Shown here: positions 1 through 14,792 of the stretch, in pieces
Layout of the letters: the number at the start of each line of letters is the position of its first letter
Numbering within the stretch: the stretch's first letter is position 1
Origin: Octopus vulgaris
Taxonomy: Eukaryota
Direction: 5' to 3'
Assembly: GCA_951406725.2 (NCBI GenBank)
Contig: OX597835.1
Location: 43,834,001 to 43,898,000 of the forward strand
Length of the DNA stretch: 64,000 nucleotides
The notes under the pieces: generated by a model
What the model was told of the DNA's origin: nothing
Seen by the model: only the letters and a program-made list of their open reading frames with translations
Databases searched by the model: none
Program-made: the position numbers and the translations under genes

Positions 1-224
1 GTGTGTGTGTGTGTTCGTGCGCAATTTGCCGTTTATTGCAAATTGATTTACTTCCAATGGAGGAAAACATCTATGATGTACGTGACCAGGATTAACAGAC
101 ATCTATAAAACTGACTCTCCATGTAGAATCTCATTTCCTCGTTCTGTAGACTCTCTTCCATAACATCTTAATTATCTCCCCTCTTCGACTCCCCGCATTT
201 CTCTCCCTCTGTTTGTCGGTCAGT

Positions 225-690
<466 letters not shown>

Positions 691-1039
691 CGTTATAAAA
701 CTCTCTCTTCTCTCATATCTTTCTCCCCCACCCCCACCCCCAACCAACATCCGTCACCAACGCTCTTTTTACATCACAATAAATTTTCTCCATCTCTCAT
801 CGCCTACCTACCTCCCAACCCTCTATCTCTCCTCCCCCTCTCCCTCTAACACATTATATCAAACTACATTTCGTTTTCGACGCCATTTTCTTTTAATCAT
901 TCTCTCTATCTTTAACACTATCAGCTTGTGTTTCCTATTCTCTACATATCTCTTATTGCACATTCTACAATTTATTCGAAATTACTTAAAACGGCTCCAT
1001 GTTTTCTCCCATATTATTCTTGTCATAATTTTTGTTAAT

Positions 1040-2405
<1,366 letters not shown>

Positions 2406-2954
2406 ATCAGTTGCTATATCTTTCATATAGGTATTCTTTTACAATAATGCTGTTTGTGTTCTGTTTTAACCTGATCGATGACTGGCAATGAAGTTATAGC
2501 TAATGTTAAAAAAAAACAAAACAAAAACAAAAACAAAAGAAAAACACCAAGCACAAACCCCACAAATCGTAAAAAAGCTAAACAAAAATAAAAAAGAGAG
2601 AAAGAAAAAGAACAAAGAAAAGCAGAAAAAGTACAGAAGGAAGGAAAGTAAACACTAAACGCAAAATGGTAAAAATAAAGAAAAACGAAATAAGTTCGAC
2701 TAAAAAAACCCACAAAAAGCTATAAAACAACAATTCTCCTCCACTCCATTTTCTCAAGCATAAAAAAACATAAAAATCAATAAAGCTTCCATCTACCATT
2801 TCTCTTGTAGGAGAGGTGAGAAAAGGAAGGATTTAGAAAAATAAAACCTTACCAAAAAAAAAAAAGGTCTTAGAACAATTTAAATAATAATAATTTAGCA
2901 GACATACAGACAAGAAAAAAACCCCCACCAAAAGTAAAATGACTAAAATATAAC

Positions 2955-3134
2955 TCTTCCTGTTATGGGTATAACCCCAGTACTCAACTGGTACTTATTT
3001 AATTGACCCCGAAAGGATGAAACCCAAAGTCGGCCTCGGGAGAATTAGAACTCAGAACGTAGCGACGGGTGAAATATCGGTAAGCCTTTCGTCCAGCGTG
3101 CTAACGATTCTGCCAACTCGCCGCCTTTATAATA
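2955..3134 (-). mobile_element. tRNA-derived SINE family A copy with TSD
   Basis: The minus strand has the family A head and core (consensus AAGGCGGCGAGCTGGCAGAA...GAGTTCAAATTCC...CTTTCATCCTTTCGGGGTC). 13-bp direct repeat ACTAAAATATAAC at 2942-2954 and 3135-3147. Confidence 0.85.
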
Positions 3135-3168
3135 ACTAAAATATAACAACAACTAAAAGGTAAATATT

Positions 3169-3386
3169 CTTTTCTACTCTAGGCACAAGGCACGGGATTT
3201 TTGGGGAGGAGGCCATTCGATTAAATCGACCCCAGTACGCAGCCGGTACTTAATTTATCGACCCCGAAAGGGTGAAAGGCAAAGTCGACCTCGGCGGAAT
3301 TTGAACTCAGAACTTAGTGACGGGCGAAATATCGCTAAGCATTTCGCCCGTCGTGCTAAAATTTCTGTTAGTTTGCCGCCTTAAAT
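3169..3386 (-). mobile_element. SINE family A full copy with TSD
   Basis: Complete head, B-box (GAGTTCAAATTCC), core and tail; direct repeat AGGTAAATATT at 3158-3168 and 3387-3397. Confidence 0.9.
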
Positions 3387-3489
3387 AGGTAAATATTATT
3401 TTACTTTGGGTGGATTATAATGCCAATGTACACATGCTCTAGTTATAGTTCTCTTCAATTTTAGTTATATTGGTCAAGTTTTCCTCACA

Positions 3490-3878
3490 GGCGCGGGCAT
3501 GGATGTGTGGTTAAGAAGCTAGCTTTGTAATCACGTAGTGTCGGGTTCAGTCCCACTGCAAGTCACCTTGGGCAAGTGTCTCCTATTATAACCCCGGGTC
3601 GAATAATGCCTTGGTAGTGTATTTGATTGAGAGAAACTGTGTGGAAGCCGGTCGTATAAATATATAGCTGAGTGCATGGCTATGTAGTTGTCTCTCAGCA
3701 ACGCTTACCGACCGGTCTTGGTTTGTTATCGTTCCTGTAACTGAGCAGTTCAAGTAAAATAAACCGATAGAATAAGTACCCGACTTAAAAAAAAGTAGTG
3801 GTGTCGATTTGTTAAAGCTATCCCCCAGTATGACCACCGTCCAATAAATGAACCGTATAAAAGAAAGATAAAGAAAGA
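3490..3878 (+). mobile_element. tRNA-derived SINE family B (CORE-like CCTTGGGCAAGT block), diverged copy
   Basis: Head GGCGC..TGTGGTTAAGAAGC..GGGTTCAGTCCC followed by CCTTGGGCAAGTGTCT; matches about 12 other copies in the window. Confidence 0.8.
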
Positions 3879-4456
3879 CACAACTTTTTTTTAATGATTT
3901 CAAATTTTCGGAGAACAGAAATACGAGTATTTAGGGATCTTTTAAATGTTTCCGTGTGGAGTATAGCGGGGAGGGGGGCACTTCCGTTAAATTTAACAAT
4001 AGATTTTCGAAGGAATTCATATAATTTTGAACTTTTCAATGAAAATTTTGTTGCGGGAAATAGATTTCTCAGATTTTACTGTTTGAAGAAAGATGATTGA
4101 AAGTCAGAGAGTCTCTTATGGTTCCATTGTGTTTGATATTATTTCTTGTTGGTGTAGTTTAGGTAACGACCTTTCACAATCTTATATCTACACACCCACA
4201 CACGTACACTCTGCCACATACGCACGCGCACGAACACCCATACACATAAAAACGCACGGATGCACATGCACGTAGCTCTGTATACCTCTGCGAATGTAGT
4301 GCTTGGACACATCGTCAGAGTTCTATTTTGCATTCACTCGATGATTCGGGTCTTACTATATATATACTTTCATCCACACGGACAGAACTTGTTTGATCAA
4401 ACATAGGCATACCTATATATATATGTATAAGTATTGAAATATATATATATATATAT

Positions 4457-4657
4457 AGTCCAAATTTGCTGAAAACAAAAGACGAAGACAGGTGCAGGAA
4501 CAACAAGCAGGTGTATTAGATTAGTTTAACGCCCGGGAAGGATGGAAAGGTCTTTTACATTTCGAGCATACGCTCTTCAACAGAAAGGACTGAGAGGAAA
4601 AAAAAACACAGAGAGCAAAAAGTGTGCAGGGTTTAACGGTTTAACGGTTCAAAGCTG
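4457..4657 (-). mobile_element. (TA)n-flanked short element related to family D, with a hammerhead motif at 4552-4587
   Basis: Minus strand reads CTTT-CTGTTGA-A-GAGC-GTAT-GCTC-GAAA-TG-TA-AAAG. Stems I and II pair; the core has one substitution. Confidence 0.65.
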
Positions 4658-4695
4658 TATATAGATATATCTACCTTTACACTGACAGACAGACA

Positions 4696-4747
<52 letters not shown>

Positions 4748-4749
4748 AC

Positions 4750-5170
4750 ATATAGTTTATATCAATTTAAAAGCAAAGAAAATGGAGATTAGGAAGTTAA
4801 AAATTGTTTATTATTAACAGCAAATTGGTCATCTTTGCTTCTTGCAGCTGTTTGAATTAACACTCAATAATTTAATTACAAATTTGTTCATTAAACTTAC
4901 ATTTATGACATGAGGGAAATTTCCTCAGAATCTGCTGAAATGAATTGATAAGCCCACATATAAAATCCAAAGGTACATTTTTTTCCCTCCTGATGAAATT
5001 ATACTCATGTCATATAAATGTAAATTTAATGAACAAATTTGTAATTAAATTATTGAGTATTAATTCAAACAGCTGTAAGAAGAAAAGATGACCAATTTGT
5101 TAATAATAAGCAATTATTAAGTTCTTAATTTCCATTTTCTTTTCCTCTTTTAAATGAATAAAATCTATAT
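4750..5170. repeat. Long imperfect inverted repeat (~180-bp arms at 4750-4928 and 4990-5170) in TA-rich context; probable Penelope-like pLTR relic
   Basis: The arms are reverse-complementary, e.g. AAATTGGTCATCTTT/AAAGATGACCAATTT and TAATTTAATTACAAATTTGTTCATTAAA/TTTAATGAACAAATTTGTAATTAAATTA. Confidence 0.8.
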
Positions 5171-5290
5171 TCTTTTATATCTATATATCTATAGTTTTAA
5201 GAGCATTTCATTCCCCCAAAATTGCTAGGTATTGAACCAGAATTTCCTTGGATGCAACCATCCCATTACGAGGTTAATATGCCCTCTAGT

Positions 5291-5336
<46 letters not shown>

Positions 5337-5338
<2 letters not shown>

Positions 5339-5545
5339 TTAATCCAAACAAGAAAACACAAAAAAAACACAACAACGCGAGGACGTGGAACAAATATAGT
5401 ATTATTGGACGCTCAGGAAAGAAGGGAAGAAGGAGGGTTTAACGTTTCGAGCGGAGCTCTTCGTCGGAAACATAGGAGAAGGAAAGATCCAGAGAAGGGA
5501 AGACAGAGGAAAAAAATCGCCAACGGTACACACGAGGTCACATTT
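5337..5545 (-). mobile_element. Family D ~205-bp element inserted in (TA)n, with a hammerhead motif at 5437-5471
   Basis: Near-identical to 35505-35668 and 44019-44222; TA repeats on both sides; core reads CCGACGA...GAAA. Confidence 0.85.
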
Positions 5546-5574
5546 ATATATATATATATATATATAAAATGGAC

Positions 5575-5870
5575 TCTCCCGTTATTAGACAACATATGAG
5601 GGTTCGACAATTTCTTACCGAACAACCAAACAAATGATTTGTTTATAGTGATCAAATGTTTGTGTAGACATAAGCTCACTCCCGCCATCTAATCAACATT
5701 ACCTGTACAGGTGCAACTGGGTGTCACACGTCAGATGTCGAAATGGTCGCAGAGTAAAGTGAAATGAAATGATTTGCTCAAGAATGCAACGCAGCAACCG
5801 GTCTGGGAATCGAATCCACGATCTCTCAATCGTGAGTGTAACACCCTAACCACTAAGCCATGCGCCTTCA
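5575..5870 (-). mobile_element. tRNA-derived SINE family G; further copies at 11845-12058, 33150-33260 and 47945-48062
   Basis: Minus-strand head GTGAAGGCGCATGGCTTAGTGGTTAGGG...GATTCGATTCCC (A/B boxes); body ATTTGTTTAT-GTGATCAAATG shared with 11845-12058. Confidence 0.75.
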
Positions 5871-5875
5871 CATCC

Positions 5876-5953
<78 letters not shown>

Positions 5954-5976
5954 ATCTATCTATCAATAAATATATA

Positions 5977-6015
<39 letters not shown>

Positions 6016-6599
6016 TCACACATGTATGTATATAATTACGTATGTATGTTTAAGATAGGTTTCCACACAGTTTCCATTCACCAAATTCACTCACAACGCT
6101 TTGGTCATCTGATGCCTATGGCAGAAGACACTTGTCCAACGTGCCGTGAAGGGTCATTGAACCCGAAACCTCGCAGTTTCAAAGCGAGTCATCACACAAC
6201 CATGCTCGCGCCTGTGTTATTAGTTATCTTTTTATATTTTCTTATGGGCGATCATGAGCTCCCTGTTAAGTATGGAACAAACTTAATCAGTTTCCCGTGT
6301 CTGTGGATGTTCTGAAGATATAGGAATGTAATTTAGTATTTTGATGTTTGCTATGTTAAGAGAAAACCGAAGAAAGGAAATAAGGTTAACATGCGAGCAG
6401 ACGTGAAGCAGAAAAACTAGCTTCGGGAAATGAATGAATCAATGAATAAATAAAATAAAATAAAATGAAATAAAATAAATAAATAAAACAAACAAAGAAA
6501 CAAACAAACAAACAAATAAATAAATAAATAGCTTTACGCATGTCTTGGATGATATGTAGATAGTGATTGAAATTCTAGATTCTGATGGAGAGAAGGATG

Positions 6600-7045
6600 A
6601 TGGGGATGAAGAAGAAGAAGCAGAAGAAGAAGAAGATGGTGAAGAAGAAGAAGAAGAAGAAGAAGAAAAAGAAGAAGAAGAAGAAGAAGAAGAAGATGGT
6701 GAAGAAGAAGAAGAAAGAAGAAGAAGAAGAAGAAGAAGACAAAGAAGAAGAAAAAGAAGAAGAAAAAAGAAGATAATTTAGAAGAAGAAGAAGAAGAAGA
6801 AGAAGAAGAAGAGATGGTGAAGAAGAAGAAGAAAAAGAAGAAGAAGAAGAAGAAGAAGAAAGAAGAAGAAGAAGAAGAAGAAGAAGAAGAAGAAGATGGT
6901 GAAGAAGAAGAAGAAGAAGAAGAAGAAGAAGAAGAAGAAGAAGAAGAAGAAGATGGTGAAGAAGAAGAAGAAGAAGAAGAAGAAGAAGAAGAAGAAGAAG
7001 AAGAAGAAGAAGAAGAAGAAGAAGAAGAAGAAGAAGAAGAAAAAT
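6600..7045. repeat. (GAA)n tract with GATGGT interruptions
   Basis: Direct reading. Confidence 0.95.
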
Positions 7046-7347
7046 AGGCTCGCGGGGAATGTAATTTGGTAAAGCGAAATCCCGCATCCGTATTAGTAAT
7101 AGCGGGAACCGCAGAAACTTCGATCGCTAAGAAACGGTCTTTCTGCTCTCTACACATTAAACAAACTTGGTAAGTAAAAAGCGAACAGCAGCGACGACAT
7201 TGGCAGAAATGTGCGTTTCACGAAACGAAATGAAAATCTGTCAAATATCCTTAAGTCAAAGCAGATTCTATCCGAACCGTTTGGGTTTTGATGGTAGGCA
7301 AAATTTATATTCATTTCCCGTCAGGTCACAACTGACACTGAGCAAGC

Positions 7348-7380
<33 letters not shown>

Positions 7381-7589
7381 GCAACAACAACAGCAACAAC
7401 AACAACAACAACAGCAACAACAATAGCAATAATGATAATAAGCTACGTAGAATACTTTCAGTGTACAAGAAAGGAAAAAAGAGGAAAACAAGAGCAGAGA
7501 AACAAAAACGAAATAAAATGGATATTCCCCAGGCGTCGCGGAGAGCTGCGCGCGGTCGTGCCATGAAATCACGTAATACAAACAAGAAT

Positions 7590-9400
<1,811 letters not shown>

Positions 9401-9944
9401 TTACTATTCCTATTATTTTTATGGCATCTTTGTCTTGATTATGCACAAAATATAAACTGTTTACAATGAAGAATAGCAAAGTATAATCCACGACCAACAA
9501 ATAAGAACTTGACAAACAAAGAAAGCCAAACGAAGCTGATATAATAGAATACAAACAAAGCCAGCCAACCTCTGCGCTACCATGTTGATTATCAACCATG
9601 ACACGCAATATAAACTTACAATAAAAGCAATTCTTGCCGGTCCAGGATTTATGGGAAACAACGAATACGAGTTTAATCCAATCACGACTGTGTCGTCTCA
9701 CAGTAATCTCAAACAACAAATTGGACAACTTCTTACTGATATGGACTAATAAAAGCTTCACAATACTACCACAACGATACAAGTCGCACATAAAACATGT
9801 GGAACTTCAAAAACACAGATAATAACATCAGAACAGAAGCGATCACACAGCATACAGTGATGATTTCTCAAAACAAAATGAAGGCAATATAACAGAAGCA
9901 ACCACGACCACTTGCTGTTTCAGCCAACTATAAGCACACGCATA

Positions 9945-9984
<40 letters not shown>

Positions 9985-10206
9985 CATACACAACCAAACA
10001 CGCAAACGTATTCACGTACAATGCATTAAAAAGACAATTTATTACAACAAAATAAGATATCAAAAACACCAAACGAGGACAATAACCACAAAAGACTATA
10101 CAAAACCATACAAAACTATCATTCGAATTCCCAGACACACAGAACATCTATCCATCCATCCTTCCATCCAGCCATACAAACAAAGACACACACATTTATA
10201 TATGCA

Positions 10207-10262
<56 letters not shown>

Positions 10263-10270
10263 CATATATA

Positions 10271-10640
10271 TAAGGGCAAACGAAAAATTTCTAATGCCAA
10301 ATATGCCGAAAAATTGAACATATTGTCCATTTACTTCTTTGCTACATGTATCACTGACGAAGGGAGGGTTCTTTTTGAACTAACCCTGAAATCGGTCCGA
10401 TATGGTAATAATGGAAATTTTAGAAATTTCTGTCGACTTTTTTTTCGAGTAACGTGCGTACTGAAAAAAAATTATATGGTAAATGGACAATATCTCCAAT
10501 TTTTCGGCATATTTGGCATTCGAAATTTTTTCGTTTGCCCTTATTTATAAGTTGTTTATAATTTAACCTTTAAAGGTATTTTTTTAAAAAGCTGGCCATT
10601 GATAAAATTTTTTTTTCGAAAAAATTTTATCCTACATTGG
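10271..10640 (+). mobile_element. (TA)n-flanked Penelope-like pLTR relic with a 5' inverted segment
   Basis: ~64-bp inverted arms at 10271-10334 and 10479-10543 enclose the hammerhead; TA repeats on both sides. Confidence 0.7.
10348..10403 (+). ncRNA. Minimal type-I hammerhead ribozyme motif (Penelope-like element type)
   Basis: GTATCA-CTGACGA-AGGG(..GTTC TTTTT GAAC..)CCCT-GAAA-TCGG-TC-CGATAT. Canonical core, GUC cleavage triplet, self-complementary stem III, stem I with one mismatch at its closing pair. Confidence 0.75.
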
Positions 10641-10652
10641 ATATATATATAT

Positions 10653-10741
10653 ATGTAGGTCCCGGGTTGAGTCGGGGTTAACCACAGTAAATAAGGTACT
10701 CAATACGAAACAGTTCTAGTCCTGTAGAAGCTCCTTCTATA
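10653..10741 (+). mobile_element. Short TA-flanked element (family E); rearranged homolog at 23675-23790
   Basis: Both loci share GAAACAGTTCTAGTCCTGTAGAAGCTCCTTCTAT and a 54-bp block that lies in opposite relative orientation. Confidence 0.75.
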
Positions 10742-10759
10742 TAATAAATATATATATAT

Positions 10760-10963
10760 TGGAAGATTTTAGCCAAGTGTAAGTCCTACACTAACGGCAG
10801 TGGAATGTGCAGTCTTTGTGATATGGAAAGATGGCTCATTTGGAAAAGCAGCTTAGACCCCGCCACATGTCTAAATTCAAGAACTGAACTTTTTGGATCA
10901 TGTTCACATGTGGCTAAACATTGTTATGTTTTTGGACCCACCGAGATTACAGATAGGACTTGA
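10760..10963 (+). pseudogene. 5'-truncated Penelope-like retroelement (Naiad-type) GIY-YIG endonuclease C-terminus
   Basis: Hand translation gives WKILAKCKSYTNGSGMCSLCDMERWLIWKSSLDPATCLNSRTELFGSCSHVAKHCYVFGPTEITDRT*, fitting the W.IL...Y...CxLC..E..I...LN.R.E...C.H pattern. It starts directly after a TA tract. Confidence 0.75.
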
Positions 10964-11698
10964 TTTCTATATTGTGTTCACATACAAGCTTTTTATCTCT
11001 CTATACTTTTTATTTATATTTCTTATATGTTTTTTATATATATTTTTACATATTTATAGAGATATTGGTTTATAGTTTTATTGCTCATATATTTTTTTAG
11101 ACATAATTTTTCTGTATTCTACCTTCCACCCTGTATTTTACCTGTGCGTATATAGACGTGTATATGGAATTTTTTGTGCGCGCGTGCGGAAGTGTGCGGG
11201 TATGTGCATATATAGACGTGCGTGTGTACGTGCATGCGAGTATGTGCGTATATAGACGGGTTTTACTCTTATTGCCTATTTTTTACACTTTTTTCTGTAT
11301 TTTGCTTTACGCCCTGCTCTTTCTTGTGCATATGCGTATCTAGACGTGTGTATGAAACTTTTTTGTGCATGTATGTGTGTGTATGCGAGCGTGTATGCTG
11401 GTATGTATATATTTTTTGGCGTATATGTGGGTGATCATGTGTGTGTTTCAAGTGAGGGTTGATGAGTATATACATATAGGCGCATGTACTTGGGTGTGCG
11501 GGCGCGCATGTGTATGTATGGACATGCGCACTTACGCGATTACCATGAACATTTTTGGTCCCTTACCATTACTCCCTCCCCTTACTTAGCGGTCATTCCA
11601 ATAGCTCTTTTATCTTCATAACGGTCAATCACACAGTAATTTCCCTTTATTTTTTAGCCCCGACATCCGAAATTCGAATAATTGTCACATATTATATT

Positions 11699-11752
<54 letters not shown>

Positions 11753-12144
11753 CACACTACACACCCACCATATACATTAACACACTCACGCACACACATA
11801 CACGCACGCACACACACACACACACGCACACACACATGATGGAATCTATCGTCGAAGCCGACGTATGAGCGTTCAGCTTTTGCCGAAAGACCTGCACAAA
11901 GGATTTGTTTATTGTGATCAAATGCTCGTACCGCTCATTATCTGAAGAGGTGCCCTGTGTGCCACGCGTCAGGTGCCGAAGTGATTGCAGAGCAACATGA
12001 GACGAAGTGTTTTGCTCAAGAACATAACGCACCGCCCAGTCTAGGAATTGAAACCACTTACATACACACAAATTTATATAGAAAGGCGGTTTAATTTGAC
12101 GTGTTTATAAAATAGTCGATGAGGGTTTCTTTATGTTTAACGCT

Positions 12145-12190
<46 letters not shown>

Positions 12191-12321
12191 GTATGTATGC
12201 ATATATATATATATACATAAATATATATATATATATATACATATATATATAGTAATACATACATACACACGCAAAATATGCATGTGTACATTTTTAAATA
12301 TATCTTTAAAAAATGTATACA

Positions 12322-12400
<79 letters not shown>

Positions 12401-12936
12401 AATATTTTTTTCATTGATTTGCATTTGAGCGAAGGCTTCCAGCAGTCTCGAGCATTTAGTTCGGTAAGTAGCGACGTGTACGTTTTCAAACAGTTCTTTA
12501 CACAACATGTGCTGTAGAATAATTTGGTACTATTTAAAATATATGAATATATACAGAGAAAGTAATCGATGAAGCGTTGTTAAAAATTAATTCAATCGTT
12601 GCGCATGGCAAGAAAAAGCAACATGCAAGAGCATCAAAATGATATTGCTAAGATGAGATACAGCGGTCATCTACTGCAATGATATAGTTTCCACATACTT
12701 AAAATTATTTTTCAAGCAACGAGCGAACGAGGTGGGTTTTACACAGGAGCAGGACTTACTAACAGAGGAACCCAATCGTTCTTGAACTGATAAAGATTTT
12801 AGTTTAAAAATCTTGGGTATTCTATTTCACTGAGCTCTTTCATAGATTTATGCAAAGAAATATTCACTTTAATTTTTAAAAAATTGTTTCCTGGTATCAA
12901 TACGTGTTTATATTTGTTACAGTTGACGTCAGTAAA

Positions 12937-13522
12937 TTCTTTTCTACTCTAGGCACAAGGTCCGAAATTTTTGGGGAGGGGGCCAGTCGATTAGATCGAC
13001 CCCAGTACTTCACTGGCACTTAATTTATCGACCCCGAAAGGATGAAAGGCAAAGTTGATCTCGGCGGAATATGAACTCAGAACGTAAAAACAGACGAAAT
13101 ACCTATTTCTTTATTACCCACAGAGGGGCTAAACACAGAGGGGACAAACGAGGACAGACAGACGGATTAAGCCGATTACATCGACCCCAGTGCGTAACTG
13201 GTACTTAATTTATCGACCCCGAAAGGATGAAAGGCAAAGTCGATCTCGGCGGAATATGAACTCAGAACGTAAAAACAGACGAAATACCTATTTCTTTACT
13301 ACCCACAAGGGGCTAAACACAGAGGGGACAAACAAGGACAGGCAAACGGATTAAGTCGATTACATCGACTCCAGTGCGTAACTGGTACTTAATCTATCGA
13401 CCCCGAAAGGACGAAAGGCAAAGTCGACCTCGGTGGAATTTGAACTCAGAACGTAACGGCAGACGAAATACGACTACGTATTTCGCCCGGCGTGCTAACG
13501 TTTCTGCCAGTTTGCCGCCTTA
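12937..13522 (-). mobile_element. Trimeric SINE A (three head-to-tail core units, ~183-bp period) inside one TSD
   Basis: Core repeated three times; TTGAC(G/A)TCAGTAAA at 12923-12936 and 13523-13536. Confidence 0.9.
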
Positions 13523-14215
13523 TTGACATCAGTAAAATACAACCACTGATCAGCAACACCCAACAAATTTAAAAGCGTTCTGGAATCAATATGATTGGCT
13601 GACGTTGGATTAAACTTATAATTTGTAGAAACGTTTTTAGTGATATTTCTGGAGAAAGTTGATTTGCAAATATTTTCCAACATTTATAATTTCAGAAGTA
13701 TAAACAGAAACGGTAAAAAGCGCCCTCTCGCAGTGGACAAAATTTAGCTTTGTGATTGATTCCTGAAGTTGAAAGCCTTCAATAATAAAAGAAATTTGAA
13801 AATCATATGCTGATAAAATATATAAAATTTGGAATTTATAAGAATTTTCTGGACAAATTAGATTTCGTAATTGCCTTTCTTCTCTTTTTACTAAAAGTCA
13901 CATTTTCTCCTCAAATTAGTAAGTAGGTTTCTTTATCAAAGTATAGACATCAGTTTCTTTAAATTTTTAATATTAAATTCCGAAAGCAGATCAAAAGCAA
14001 TTTGAGTTTTTACGTCATTTCCGCTGTTTATGATAGATTCCACCTGGTTTGGCAATGTATATACAACCATTAAATGCATGGCGAGCAAGTATAATTTATC
14101 TACACATCTTAGCAAGAAGCATGAATGCATGTATTGGCAAAATAAAGAGAATTTATAAATGTTTAACACAGTATCTTTCTCTCTTTCTCTATCTCTCTTT
14201 CTCTGTGTGTGTATA

Positions 14216-14255
<40 letters not shown>

Positions 14256-14367
14256 TGTTTATATTTATATATATATATAAACACATATATATATAAGTAC
14301 ATACATAATGCATATACACACATACAAACACACACACGCACACACACACACAAACACACACACATAT

Positions 14368-14706
14368 CGTGGCACTCCGTCGGTTTCGACGACGAGGGTT
14401 CCAGTTGATCCGATCAACGGAACAGCCTGCTCGTGAAATTAACGTGCAAGTGGCTGAGTACTCCACAGACACGTGTACCATTAACGTGGTTCTCGGGGAG
14501 ATTCAGCATGACACAGAGTGTGACAAGGCTGGTTCCTTTGAAATACAGGTACAACAGAAACAGGAAGAAAGAGTGAGAGAAAGTTGTGGTGAAAGAGTAC
14601 AGCAGGGTTCGTCAGGTGTTTTCGCTCAATAAACACTCACAACGCCCGGTCTGGGAATCGAAACCGATCTCATGACCGCGAGTCCGTTGCCCTAACCACT
14701 GGGCCC
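14368..14706 (-). mobile_element. tRNA-derived SINE family C
   Basis: Reverse complement of the copy at 41300-41679 with an internal deletion; A-box GGCCCAGTGGTTAGG, B-box GGTTTCGATTCC. Confidence 0.88.
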
Positions 14707-14707
14707 T

Positions 14708-14792
<85 letters not shown>

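Noticed and set aside
6563-7047. Acidic peptide IEILDSDGEKDDGDEEEE as a possible exon
   Set aside because: No polypyrimidine acceptor, the frame shifts within the GAA tract, and the repeat explains it fully.
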